Below are positions 19,383 through 30,400 of a stretch of 64,000 bases of DNA, piece by piece. A model generated the notes under the pieces. The model saw only the letters and a program-made list of their open reading frames with translations, searched no databases and was not told the origin of the DNA. How positions within the stretch are numbered: the first letter of the stretch is position 1; each line of letters opens with the position of its first letter. This stretch comes from Candidatus Latescibacterota bacterium (lineage in GTDB: Bacteria; Latescibacterota; UBA2968; UBA8231). Location of the stretch: the NCBI GenBank assembly GCA_965200315.1, contig OZ241362.1, positions 1,760,001 to 1,824,000 of the forward strand. Reading direction: 5' to 3'. Made by a program: the position numbers and the translations under genes.

Positions 19383-21853
19383 TCCAAGGCTACGTAGAGG
19401 TCTCCCTGCCACCCCCCGTAGTGCGCGAGTTGACCTATGGCGTACCTGCTGAATTTGCCGCAGAAGCGCAGCCTGGGGCCTTAGTGTTGGTGCCGGTAGT
19501 CCAGCGTCGGCTCACCGGCATTGTCTTAGGGCCAGCTACACTCGGCGACTTTCCCCCAAGCAAGATCCGCCCTATCGAACAAATTCTCGACACCTCGCTC
19601 CTCAGTCCAGAGGTCGTCGCACTCTGCCGCTGGATGGCTTCCTACTACATGGCTCCCCTCGGCAGTGCGCTGATGGCCGCGCTGCCCCCAGGCGTCAAAC
19701 TCAGCTCCAATCGCCTCGTACAATTGCGCGACGCACCCACTGGCCACCACGCGGGTATAGAGGCGCAGATCATCGGCGAACTCCAGCGCAGCGGCCCCCT
19801 CAAAGTTAGCACCCTCAAGCGCCGACTCGGCAGCCGGGGCTTGGAAAAGGGCGTACGCGCCCTGCGCCGCAGCGGACACATCGAAATCGCGCCCGTGCTC
19901 GAAGACCGGCGACCCCGCGCCCTGAGTCAACGCTGCTTCCTCCTAAACGACGAACCAGCCGCGCACACAGCCATAGCCGCCATCGAAAAGCGCGCACCGC
20001 GCCAAGCGGCCTGTCTGCGCTACTTGCTCGACCACCCCACGGCTGCGCACAGTGAACTGAGCGCGGCTGGTTTTTCCTCGGCTGTACTCAAGGCACTCGA
20101 AGGCCGCGGCTTGATTTCACCAACGACCGAGGAAGTCATCCGCAATCCCCTCGCCCACATCGCCAGCGGCACCCCCCCGGACCTCGTCCCTACAGCCGAC
20201 CAGCAACAGGTCCTCAACGACCTATCGGCCGCGCTCGACGCCCGCACATTCTATCCGGCCTTGCTGCACGGCGTCACCGGCTCGGGCAAAACCCTTGTGT
20301 ACGTCCAACTTGTGGCGCAAGCGTTGGCTGCCGGGCGCGGCGCGATCATCTTGGTGCCAGAAATCGCCCTCGCCTGGCAGATGGTGCGGCGCTTCAAGGA
20401 GCACTTCGGCGAGGCGGTCGCCGTTTTCCACAGCCAGCTTTCGGCTGGAGAGCGCTACGACACTTGGCGTCGCTTGCGCCGGCGCTCCCAGCGCGTACTC
20501 ATCGGCGCTCGCTCGGCCATCCTCGCACCGGTAGAAGATCTGGGGCTGATTGTCGTGGACGAAGAGCACGACACCTCGTACAAGCAAGAAGATCTAGACA
20601 GCAGCCACCCCCTCACCTACAACGCCCGCGACCTCGCCTTAGTGCGCGGGCAGCGCTGCAACGCCGTCGTGGTCCTCGGCTCGGCCACGCCCAGCTTAGA
20701 GTCGCACTGGAATGCCGCCACCGGCAAGTACCACCGCCACACCTTGCCCCGCCGCATCGACGACCGCCCCTTGCCACAAGTGACGGTCGTCGATATGAAA
20801 CAGGAGCCTTTCCAAAGAAAGCAGCGCACCATCTTCTCGCACGACTTGCGGCGCAAGATGCAAGATCGCCTCGTGCGCGGCGAGAAAATCATCCTGTTGC
20901 AAAATCGCCGCGGCTTCGCTCCCTTCATTAGCTGCACTGCCTGTGGCGAGCCGATCCAGTGCCCTAGTTGCCGCGTCTCGCTGACTTATCATCGGCGACC
21001 TTCGGCTGAGCTCAGGTCGAAGCCCACCGCCTCTGAGACGCGCTGTCATTACTGCGACTTTGAGGCTCCACCGCCGCCGGTCTGTCCGTCCTGCGGCAGC
21101 TCGGAACTGCGCTTTGCCGGCGTGGGCACTCAACGAGTCGAAAGCGCCCTTTTGGCCCAATTTCCCGGCATTCGCGTCATCCGCATGGACGTGGATACCA
21201 CCGCTTGGAAAGGCGCACACGACGCGCTCGTCGAGCGCTTCCGCAACGGCGAGGCCGATGTGCTGCTCGGCACCCAAATGGTCGCCAAGGGCCTCGATCT
21301 GCCCGAAGTCACGCTTGTCGGCGTGATTTCCGCCGACACCGGCATGCACCTGCCCGACTTCCGCGCGGCCGAGCGCAGCTTCCAGCTTCTAACCCAAGTC
21401 GCCGGCCGTGCGGGGCGCGGCCACACAGCCGGTGAGGTCGTCATCCAGACGCTCCTGCCCGACGACGCAGCCTTGCGCGAGGCCGCCAACCAAAATTACG
21501 CGGCCTTTGCCCACAACGAACTAGCCCAGCGGCGGCAGGCCGGATTCCCTCCGTTTGGCCGCCTCATTGTCTTCCGCTGGCGCGGCCCCTGCGAGCAAGC
21601 CGTCGAAACCGGGGCGCAACAGGGCGTCAACGCCTTGCGGCAGGGCCTCGACCAAGATGCGCTCGTGCTCGGGCCGGCACCAGCCCCACTGGCGCGGCTG
21701 CGCGGTCACTACCGCTGGCAAGCCCTCTTGCGCGGCTCCTCGGTGCGCCATTTGCGCACAACGGCCCTCAGCGCATTGCCAGCCATGCGCGAGGCCGCCA
21801 AAGATCACGCCCTCCACTTTTCTATCAACATTGACCCTCTAACAATGATGTAG
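19379..21853 (+). CDS. priA: Primosomal protein N' (PriA helicase)
   Basis: HGVTGSGKT, DEEH, NRRGFA, Cys zinc fingers, GTQMVAKGLD, QVAGRAGR. Confidence 0.97.
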   Translation: MIQGYVEVSLPPPVVRELTYGVPAEFAAEAQPGALVLVPVVQRRLTGIVLGPATLGDFPPSKIRPIEQILDTSLLSPEVVALCRWMASYYMAPLGSALMAALPPGVKLSSNRLVQLRDAPTGHHAGIEAQIIGELQRSGPLKVSTLKRRLGSRGLEKGVRALRRSGHIEIAPVLEDRRPRALSQRCFLLNDEPAAHTAIAAIEKRAPRQAACLRYLLDHPTAAHSELSAAGFSSAVLKALEGRGLISPTTEEVIRNPLAHIASGTPPDLVPTADQQQVLNDLSAALDARTFYPALLHGVTGSGKTLVYVQLVAQALAAGRGAIILVPEIALAWQMVRRFKEHFGEAVAVFHSQLSAGERYDTWRRLRRRSQRVLIGARSAILAPVEDLGLIVVDEEHDTSYKQEDLDSSHPLTYNARDLALVRGQRCNAVVVLGSATPSLESHWNAATGKYHRHTLPRRIDDRPLPQVTVVDMKQEPFQRKQRTIFSHDLRRKMQDRLVRGEKIILLQNRRGFAPFISCTACGEPIQCPSCRVSLTYHRRPSAELRSKPTASETRCHYCDFEAPPPPVCPSCGSSELRFAGVGTQRVESALLAQFPGIRVIRMDVDTTAWKGAHDALVERFRNGEADVLLGTQMVAKGLDLPEVTLVGVISADTGMHLPDFRAAERSFQLLTQVAGRAGRGHTAGEVVIQTLLPDDAALREAANQNYAAFAHNELAQRRQAGFPPFGRLIVFRWRGPCEQAVETGAQQGVNALRQGLDQDALVLGPAPAPLARLRGHYRWQALLRGSSVRHLRTTALSALPAMREAAKDHALHFSINIDPLTMM
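20999..21024 (+). repeat. Palindromic 26-bp element in frame within the priA zinc-finger region (PSAELRSKP)
   Basis: CCTTCGGCTGAGCTCAGGTCGAAGCC between LTYH and RCHYC. Confidence 0.9.
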
Positions 21854-21863
21854 GCCGTCCCCT

Positions 21864-24068
21864 ATGCTCTTGCTCCGCCTTGCTCCACTGCTGCTTGTGG
21901 CTCTGCCCTGCCGCGCCCAGCTATCTGGCACCCAATGGGAAGCCCACACCAGTATGCGCCAAATCAACCGAGTCCTCGTCCACCAAGACGCGGTCTGGGC
22001 CGGCACCCACGGCGGTGTCCTACGCTACGATCAGCAGACCCAATCCTATACGCGCTTCACCCGCCGCGACGGCCTGCCGGGCAACCTCATCTTGAGCCTA
22101 TCTGTAGATGCCAACGGTCACCTGTGGTTTGGTACGCACACTCAGGGTTTGAGCCGCTATCGGCCCGAGCAAAACCGCTTCGACCCGCCCTTTCTCGACT
22201 TCCAAAACCTTCGCATCAACGCCCTTGAGCCTCATGGGGACATCCTCTACGTCGGCAGCGAGCGCGGCGTCAGCGCGTTTGTCATCAGCAAGGAAGAGGT
22301 CAAGGAAACCTATCGCCGCTTGGGAGCGCTGCCCAAAGACACCGAGGTGACCAGCATTGAAGTGTTTGCCGGTCGCCTGTGGGCCGGGACCGTCAATGGC
22401 CTAGTGTGGGCGGATTTGGACCAGCCCAATCTCCAAGACCCCAGCAGTTGGGAGGCTGAGCCAATAAGGGGCGAGGTGCGCGACGTGCTGATCTATCAAG
22501 ACACGCTCTTCGTCGCGGCCACGAGCGGCCTCTGGCGGGTACATCCCGCGCTTGACCGGCCCGAACTCGATTACTCCACGACCAACAGCGTTGCCCTCGG
22601 CCTCTTTGAGGGGAGCATCGTCACTGGGGCGGCTGACGGGACCTTATCCCAGCGCCAAGGCTCTCGCTGGCAACCCCTCGGGGCACCGCATATTCGCAGC
22701 ACCGCCGACCTGTCCGACACCGACGACCACCTGTGGGTCGCCAGCGAGAGCGGCCTGCGCGTCCTCGGCACCAACCAACCGCCACCACCCCGCGAGCCTA
22801 TAGGCAACTTCTTCTTCGACATAGCGCAGACTCCCAACGGCCACCTGTGGGTCGCCTCCGTGCCCAAGGACAATCTGCCCGCTTTTGGTCTGTACGAATT
22901 CGACGGAGAGGGTTGGACTACCCACACCACCAATACCGACCTGTCGTCCAATACCGTCTCGGCTTTGGAGACCGACGACGAGGGCCTGCTGTGGGTAGGC
23001 CATTGGGGCCTAGGCATTAACGTGCGCGACACCAACGGCCAGTGGCAGCATCTCACCGCCAACAACTCGGCTCTCGAAGGCATCAACGGCGGTTCCTTTG
23101 TCCCCATCAGCGACATCGACCGCGACGCCAACGGCGCGCTGTGGATCGCCAACGTCCGCAATGGGCTCGTCGTCATGGATGGGTGGCCGCCCCAACAGGC
23201 CGCGCTCAACAGCCAGTTGAACTTCGGCATGTCCTCAGGCCGCGACATGACCAAAATCGCCATTGGTCCCGACGGCCTAAAGTGGATTGGGACGGCACTC
23301 GACGGCTTCTGCCTCTTAGACGATGGCGGCACCCCTTTTGAGATCGGCGATGAGACCGGCTTCATTTTCGACACAATCGGTTATCCAGACCTGACCAGCA
23401 ACGCCGTCATCGACATCCACGTCGATCGCTCAGAGCGAGTGTGGGTCGCCACGAACAACGGCCTTAATGCAGTGCGCGGCGAGTATTCGCGCACCAACGC
23501 GGACTTTGCTGTCACAAGCTGGAAGGTGTACAACACCGACAACGGCCTGCCATCCAACGCGACCACGTCGCTGGCCGAAGACGACTGGGGGCGCATTTGG
23601 GTCGGCACTGAAGGCGGCTTGGCCCGCATCAGCACCGAGGGCCAAGTCGAGTTTGCACTCGACACTAGCGACGGCCTCGTCAACAACCGCGTCAACTCGC
23701 TCTATTTCGATCAGGAAAGTGGCTCGCTGTGGATTGGCACACTTGGCGGGATGAGCCGCCTGCAACTCGGTACCTCGGGGACCGCCTCTGGTCCTCAGGC
23801 ATACGCGTATCCCAACCCCTTTCACATCGGCGTACGCGACGCAGCTTTGACCTTTGCCGACCTGCCGCTGGGGGCCGGTGTACACATTTTCACCGCAGCC
23901 GGCGAATTCGTCCGCCAGCTCGAAGGCGCAGCCGGCGAAGGCGCGGTCACTTGGAATGGGCAGAGCGCGGCGGGTTTTCTCGTGGGATCGGGTATTTACT
24001 ACTTTGTAGCACAGGCAGAAACCGGCGACGCCGTGCGCGGCAAATTCGCCGTAATCAACAACCGCTGA
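21864..24068 (+). CDS. Beta-propeller protein (PorZ-like) with a FlgD/T9SS-type C-terminal domain
   Basis: Signal peptide; D..G.LW.GT repeats; C-terminal YPNPF...WNG....G..V.SGIY. Confidence 0.75.
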   Translation: MLLLRLAPLLLVALPCRAQLSGTQWEAHTSMRQINRVLVHQDAVWAGTHGGVLRYDQQTQSYTRFTRRDGLPGNLILSLSVDANGHLWFGTHTQGLSRYRPEQNRFDPPFLDFQNLRINALEPHGDILYVGSERGVSAFVISKEEVKETYRRLGALPKDTEVTSIEVFAGRLWAGTVNGLVWADLDQPNLQDPSSWEAEPIRGEVRDVLIYQDTLFVAATSGLWRVHPALDRPELDYSTTNSVALGLFEGSIVTGAADGTLSQRQGSRWQPLGAPHIRSTADLSDTDDHLWVASESGLRVLGTNQPPPPREPIGNFFFDIAQTPNGHLWVASVPKDNLPAFGLYEFDGEGWTTHTTNTDLSSNTVSALETDDEGLLWVGHWGLGINVRDTNGQWQHLTANNSALEGINGGSFVPISDIDRDANGALWIANVRNGLVVMDGWPPQQAALNSQLNFGMSSGRDMTKIAIGPDGLKWIGTALDGFCLLDDGGTPFEIGDETGFIFDTIGYPDLTSNAVIDIHVDRSERVWVATNNGLNAVRGEYSRTNADFAVTSWKVYNTDNGLPSNATTSLAEDDWGRIWVGTEGGLARISTEGQVEFALDTSDGLVNNRVNSLYFDQESGSLWIGTLGGMSRLQLGTSGTASGPQAYAYPNPFHIGVRDAALTFADLPLGAGVHIFTAAGEFVRQLEGAAGEGAVTWNGQSAAGFLVGSGIYYFVAQAETGDAVRGKFAVINNR

Positions 24069-24069
24069 C

Positions 24070-24729
24070 ATGCGCGGCTTCGCCCTCTACGCCTCGCTCT
24101 CCATCGCGCTCCTCGCCGCAGACAGCCCGGCCCAGCCCCTATTTACCATTGCGCGGCTGCAATACGGCGGCGGCGGCGACTGGTACAGCGACCCCTCTTC
24201 CCTGCCCAACTTGCTCCGCTTCTTGCGGGAGCACACCCAAATCGACGCGGCCGAGGCTGAGGCACGTGTGCAAATCATGGATGAGGAGCTGTTCTCCTAT
24301 CCGTACCTCTACATGACCGGGCACGGCAATGTGGCCTTTTCCACTGAGGAGGCGGCGCGGCTTCGGCACTACTTGGAAAGCGGCGGCTTTCTGCACGCCG
24401 ACGACAACTACGGCATGGACGAGAGCTTCCGCCGCGCCATGCACCAAGTCTTCCCCAACGCCGAATGGGTGGAGCTGCCGCCCGACCATCCCCTGTTCCA
24501 CTGCCACTTTGAGTTGCCAGCCGGCCTGCCCAAGGTCCACGAACACGACGGCAAGAGGCCGCAAGCCCTCGCACTTTTCACCGGTGAGCACCTAGCCGTG
24601 CTGTACACGTATGAGGCCGACCTAGGCGACGGCTGGGAGGACCCCGACGTCCACAGCGACCCGGAGAGCAAGCGACTCGACGCCCTCAAAATGGGGGCCA
24701 ATATCGCGGTGTGGGCGCTGAGCCGCTAG
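24070..24729 (+). CDS. DUF4159 domain protein
   Basis: IARLQYGGGGDWY, YLYMTGHG, GGFLHADDNYG, DLGDGWED. Confidence 0.85.
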   Translation: MRGFALYASLSIALLAADSPAQPLFTIARLQYGGGGDWYSDPSSLPNLLRFLREHTQIDAAEAEARVQIMDEELFSYPYLYMTGHGNVAFSTEEAARLRHYLESGGFLHADDNYGMDESFRRAMHQVFPNAEWVELPPDHPLFHCHFELPAGLPKVHEHDGKRPQALALFTGEHLAVLYTYEADLGDGWEDPDVHSDPESKRLDALKMGANIAVWALSR

Positions 24730-25200
24730 CGTCCAGGTCTGAACCGAAGCAAAACATAGACAGCGAATGCGCGACGGTCCTTTAACGGCACACGTTCAAG
24801 TAGGTTGATCGCCGCGGCGGCTTGGGCTATATCGTCCGCCACTTCGGACTTCAGCCAATGTCCCTCAGATGCGTAGTCCGCTCGATGGCGTTTCCGCTGC
24901 ATGTCCACGAACGATCCGGCAAATTCTTGAATTTCTGGAGGGAGCTGCTGGATTCGGCTCTGTTCGCACCGCTTGGCAGCGTCGCGGTGTTCTAGGGCGC
25001 GATAGGCTTGCACGCCATGCGGGTTCGCTTCGATTGGCTCTAGCAGTTCCTACTAGGGAGTCGGCGCAACATCTCGCCAAGCAATGGAATAGAGCATAAT
25101 AGGCCGTGCTGACAGCCCGGCGAAGATTCGCCTGCCGTGGAGCACCTTGGCCCTCGCCAACTAAGTCTTGCGCGGTGGAAACGAGGTCATACGGCGTCAC
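24726..25200 (-). pseudogene. HEPN-domain toxin-like gene, frameshifted near 25012
   Basis: LRRAVSTAYYALFH in one frame and QRKRHRADY in the next; one extra base at TGGCGTGCAAGCC. Confidence 0.7.
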
Positions 25201-25504
25201 TTGGATGCTCGTCCCAGTCGGATTTTGCGATGTAGCGCATGATCGGAAACGCGGTGACGCCCGACTCCTGTAGGCGTCGCCTCAGCAGGGGAATCACTCC
25301 GACCATCCGCTCACCGCGCAATTGCCCAGCGACTCCATCGTAAATCGCCTTGACTTCGATAAATTCGTCGTCGTCGTCGTCCCACTCTTCTATATCGGGC
25401 TGGACGGAGACCATCACGAAGTCAATGTCGGCAAATTGCTCGCCCAACGTGGTTTCGACCACATGCTTCGCGTCATTCAATTGCTGTTGCGTGACTTCCG
25501 GCAT
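25187..25504 (-). CDS. Small acidic protein, putative antitoxin partner of the HEPN gene
   Basis: 105 aa, overlaps the HEPN start, GGAGG RBS. Confidence 0.6.
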   Translation of the reverse strand: MPEVTQQQLNDAKHVVETTLGEQFADIDFVMVSVQPDIEEWDDDDDEFIEVKAIYDGVAGQLRGERMVGVIPLLRRRLQESGVTAFPIMRYIAKSDWDEHPSDAV

Positions 25505-25879
25505 TGTCGTCCTCCGTATCTGCGCTCGTCCATCCCCGCTGTTTTCTTAACATGTCTGATGGTTGTAGCCATTTATGCGATTCAAACTGGGCTTGCGACT
25601 CTTGAGACAGGGGATGATATCTGGCCTGAGCATTTCTCGGAAAAAGCGTTGGAGGCTGCCAAGACGATGGGCGAAGTGGTGTCCAAGTCCGCAGGGGAGT
25701 TAAGTGCAGTAAAAGTCCGATATAATGGACAGGCTACTAAAATGTCGTCCCGCTCTATTGCGTCTGTCGACCAATCACTGTTGAGAAACTTAGAGAACTT
25801 CGTCCAAAAAGCGAATTTCTACTCCAGATATACCAGATCAGCTTTCTATTCCGTTTGCATAACTCACTTTGACCCAGAC

Positions 25880-27487
25880 CTACCCCCCCTCCACAACCCT
25901 CACATACCTATCAATCGGCAACTCAGTCAGCCGTTGCAGCGCACCACTCGGCCAATAGATATGCAGCGAGTCGGCCCGGCCCGCCGCGCCCAAGCCAAAA
26001 TGCACGCGCCGGTCGCCGCTGCCCAAGAAGCTCTCGCCGCACAGCACGTCCCGCTGCTGCCTTTGACCGCCGCTCCACAATACGACCTTCGCGCCGACAG
26101 CCTCGCGGTTTTTTCCCGCACCCAAAAGACGCAGACCGAGCCAGTGATGACCTGTAGCCGTCTGGTTGTGCAGCAGGGAGGGCCGGCCATTGAGGTTGGT
26201 GACGAACAGATCCACGCGGCCGTCGTCGTCAAAATCCCCGGCCACCGCACCGCGACTGACCGCCCGCTCCTCGCCCAACTCGACGAGACTGAAATGACCA
26301 GCGTCATTGGCAAACAAGTGATTGGCTTGCGCGTAGGTCGCGCCGCTGCCCGGGCGTTCGATCTGCGGATACACGTGCCCGTTGGCCACGAACAAGTCTT
26401 GGTCAGCGTCGTTGTCAAAATCGAGAAAGACCGCGCCGAACCCCACGTAGGGCAGGCTGATGCGGCCCAAGCCCACAGCAAAGCTCACGTCCGCAAACGT
26501 GCCGCCGCCTGTGTTGCGATAGAGCGTGTTGTAGTCGTCCTCAAAATTGGTGACCAGCAAATCGCCGTCGCCGTCGTTGTCGTAATCGCCCCAAGCCGCG
26601 CCCATGCCGGCCTGCGCCAAGCCGGTTTCCCCCAGCGCGGCATTGGCCTGTAGCCCCACTTCGGCAAAGGTGCCAGTGCCATCGTTGCGGTAGAGGAAAT
26701 TGGGCGTTGAGTCATTGGCCACATACAGATCCAAATCCCCGTCGCCGTCGCTGTCGATGAAGAGCACGGCAAACCCATAGCCCGGGTCGTGCTGTCCAAG
26801 GCCGCTAGCCGCTGTCACCTCGGCAAAAATGCCAGCACCATCGTTGCGGTAGAGCGCGTCCGGCAACGCGGGCAAGCCCAGCGGACCGACGAATACGTCC
26901 CGGCCCTTCCACTGAGTCCCCAAGGGCCGCACTGCAGCCGAATCAAAATCCGCGTAATTGGCCACGTACAAATCCAAGTCGCCGTCCAAGTCCGCGTCGC
27001 CCATGGCCGCGCCCGTGCTCCACACCGGCAGCGCCAGCCCGGCGCGGGCCGTGGCATCGGCGAATTGCTCTAATCCGTCGTTGCGATAGAGGATGTTTTC
27101 TCGCAGGCACGTGATGTACAGGTCGGCATCGCCATCGGCATCGTAGTCCGCGCTCAGTGCGCCCATGCCCCAGCCGCGACCCGCAGCCCCGGCCGCGGCC
27201 GCTCGATCGACAAAGCCCCGGCCGCGGTCGTTGCGGTAGAGGGCATTGTCACCGCCCTCTCCGTTGACCCAATAGATGTCCAAATCGCCGTCGCCGTCCG
27301 CGTCGAGGAGCGCGGCCCCACCGCCTTTGGCTTCGACGATATAGCGCTTTTCCGCGCCGCCGCCGACGTGGGAGCGCTCCAAACCCCACTCACTGGCCTT
27401 GTCGATGAAGGGAAAGGAAGGGCCGTCGGCAGGCGCGCAGGCCACCATGCACAGCGGCAACAGCCCCCCCCACTTCAATCGCGCCAC
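25880..27487 (-). CDS. CRTAC1-family / ASPIC-UnbV FG-GAP repeat protein
   Basis: Many DxDGDGDLD repeats; NREAVGAKV and HFGLG ASPIC/UnbV domain; lipobox-like N-terminus. Confidence 0.88.
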   Translation of the reverse strand: MARLKWGGLLPLCMVACAPADGPSFPFIDKASEWGLERSHVGGGAEKRYIVEAKGGGAALLDADGDGDLDIYWVNGEGGDNALYRNDRGRGFVDRAAAAGAAGRGWGMGALSADYDADGDADLYITCLRENILYRNDGLEQFADATARAGLALPVWSTGAAMGDADLDGDLDLYVANYADFDSAAVRPLGTQWKGRDVFVGPLGLPALPDALYRNDGAGIFAEVTAASGLGQHDPGYGFAVLFIDSDGDGDLDLYVANDSTPNFLYRNDGTGTFAEVGLQANAALGETGLAQAGMGAAWGDYDNDGDGDLLVTNFEDDYNTLYRNTGGGTFADVSFAVGLGRISLPYVGFGAVFLDFDNDADQDLFVANGHVYPQIERPGSGATYAQANHLFANDAGHFSLVELGEERAVSRGAVAGDFDDDGRVDLFVTNLNGRPSLLHNQTATGHHWLGLRLLGAGKNREAVGAKVVLWSGGQRQQRDVLCGESFLGSGDRRVHFGLGAAGRADSLHIYWPSGALQRLTELPIDRYVRVVEGG

Positions 27488-27493
27488 AACCCC

Positions 27494-30400
27494 TCAAGAC
27501 CCGGTAACTGGCGCGACCTCGGCGGTTTCATCCTCGCTCAACCGCCCCCAAAGCCCTTGGACGTCCACCAGCAGGCGCATTCCCACCGGGACGCCTAGCA
27601 AAATGATGAAGGTGGCAAAGAGGATGCCAAAGCCTAGGCTGACGGCCATGGGCATCAGGAACTGCGCCTGGAGGCTCTCTTCGAGGATCATCGGTAGTAG
27701 CCCGAAGAAGGTCGTCAGGGAGGTGAGCAGGATGGGACGGAAGCGTGCGACCCCGGCCGAGACTAGAGCTTCCTCGTGCGACGTACCCTCGCGCCGCATC
27801 TGATTGTACAAGCTCAGCAGCACCAGCGAATCGTTGACCACCACACCCGACAGCGCGACGATCCCAAAGAGGCTCAAAAGCGCCAAGTCCAAGCCCATGA
27901 GAAGATGCCCCCAAACCGCACCGATGATGCCGAAGGGAATCGCGCTCATGACGACGAGGGGCTGGGTGTACGATCTGAATGGCACGGCTAGCAGCACGTA
28001 GATGGCAAAAAGAGCGATGATAAAGTTGAACAACAGGCTCTGTAGCGAGTCCTGCTGCTCCTGCTGCTCGCCCGCGAAGCGGTAGCGCAGCTCGGGATAG
28101 TCTTGGACCAGCGCGGGCAGAAAAGACGCTTCGAGATCGCGGTTTATTTCATCGGCATTGGCAGCTTGGTCATCTACTGAGGCACTTACCCGCACGACGC
28201 GCTGGCCATCGGTGCGCTGGATGGACGCATAGGCGTGGCCGACGGTGACGGTGGCCACCTCGGCAAAGGGCACCTCGGCACCCGAAGGGGTGCGGACGCG
28301 CATTGAGCGCACGTCGCCTACGTTGCGACGCTCGTCTTTGGGATACCGTACCATCACCCGCACGTCGTCCGAGCCGCGCTGGAATCTCAGTACTTGGTCG
28401 CCGTAGAAGCCCTGGCGCACCTGCCGCGCCAAATCCGCGAGGGTGAGGCCGAGGGTGCGGGCTTGGGGCTTGAGCTGGAGTTTCATCTCTAGCTTGCCCT
28501 CCGCAAAGCTGTCTTGGATATCACCGACGCCGGCGTACTCGGCGATCTTGCCCTTGAGACGCTCGACAGCCAACAAGAGCTGGTCAAAGTTTTTTGAGGC
28601 TAGCTCGACCTCAATGGGATTGCCCACGGAAAACAGCGTCGAAGAAAAAACAATGGATTCGGGGCCGGGGACCTCGCCAACCAGTTGGCGCAACCGCGCC
28701 TCAATCTCCGCGCTGGCGAGATCGCGTTCCTCGGAAGGTAAGAGTTCGACGGTAACTTCGGCTAGATGTCCTTGGCCCGCCCCTCGGACACTGACTAAAG
28801 AAGAACGCCGGGCCATAGGTTGGTCGCCGATGTAGGTAAAGACATTGCGGTAGATTGAATCCCCACCTCCGCGCTCGGCGTCGATCTGGTCGCGCAGGAC
28901 GATGGCCTGTTCCTCGATGTGTCGCACGACCTTGGCAGTCTGAGTCGCCGTGGTGCCCTGCGGCATGTTGACCGCGATCGTCACCCAATCGGACCCAATG
29001 CCAGGCATAACCACTAACTTGATATGACCGCCAGTGACCAGCCCAGCGGTACACAGCATCAGCGATAAGGCCAAAGCGGCCGTGGAAATCGGATGGGCCA
29101 GCGCCAAACGCAACGTGGGCTTATAGGTGTTGCGAATGACGTGCTGGAGGCCGCGGTCAAAGAGGACGACGACCCGGGCGTGCCAATCGAGCGGGCGTAT
29201 GAAAATCCGGCGAAACAAGCGGCTGAGTGGCCCGTCCCCCTTAGAGGATAAGTGCGCCGGCAGAATGAACAGGCTCTCGATCAGCGACAGCAGCAACACG
29301 GAGATGACGATCACCGGGATGACCGACAGGAACTTACCTATCATGCCCTCGACGAAAAACAATGGCATAAAGGCCGCAATCGAGGTCATAATCGAGAACG
29401 CGACCGGCGTACCCACTTCAAGCGCGCCATCAATGGCGGCGCGGCCAAAGGATTTACCCTGTACGCGATGGGAAAAAATGTTTTCGCCGACGATGATCGC
29501 GTCGTCCACGACGATGCCCAAGGCCACGATAAAGGCAAACAGCGACAGCATGTTGATTGAGGCGTCAAAAGGCTCCATTAGCACAAAGGCCCCCAAAAAG
29601 CTGATCGGGATACCCATCATTACCCAGAAAGCCAAGCGCAAGTCGAGGAAGAGGCTCAGACAGATGAAGACCAGCACCAGACCAAGGCGGGCGTTGCGAA
29701 TAAGCAAATCGATGCGGCTGCGCAGGATGCGTGCGTCGTCGCGCGCGTAGCCGATGTGGATCCCGGCCGGCAGGGTTTGGCGTTTGTCCTCAATGTACTG
29801 GTGGACATAGTCGGAGATGTCGAGGGCGTTCTGATCGCCAATGCGATAGACCTGCACCACGGCCGCTGGCTGGCCGTTGAAGCGCGCGACGAGTTCGGTA
29901 TCCTCAAACCCATCGACGACCGTGGCCACGTCTTTGAGCTTGAGGGCCGTGCCGTCGGGGCGGGTCAGCACGACGACCTCTTCGTATGCTCGCCCTGTGC
30001 GCATCAGCCCCTGAGTACGGAGCAAAATCGCGCCATCCTCGCTCTCGACGCTGCCAGCGGGCAGGTCAACGCTCGTGCGGCGGACTGCAGCGGCGACCTG
30101 CGCGAAGGTCAAGCCGTAGCGGCGCAGAGCCTCTTCGGAGACCTCAATGGCAATTTCATCGACGCGTACGCCCTTGAGCTCGACCTGCGAAATGACGCCG
30201 CTGCTGCGCAGATCGTCGCGCACTCGTTCGGCCGCGACTTTGAGCGCCTTCTCCTCAACATCACCGTAGAGCACCACGTGAATGGCTTGATTGCGGCGAG
30301 TCAGCTCTTTGACGACCGGCTCCTCGGTCTCAGCGGGAAAGGTGTCGATGCGGTCGAGCTCGTTTTTGATATCGTCGAGGCTCTTATCTATATCGGCACC

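Noticed and set aside
25322-26653. 443-aa plus-strand ORF
   Set aside because: Mostly antisense shadow of the ASPIC/UnbV and antitoxin genes; only 25559-25870 looks like an independent remnant.
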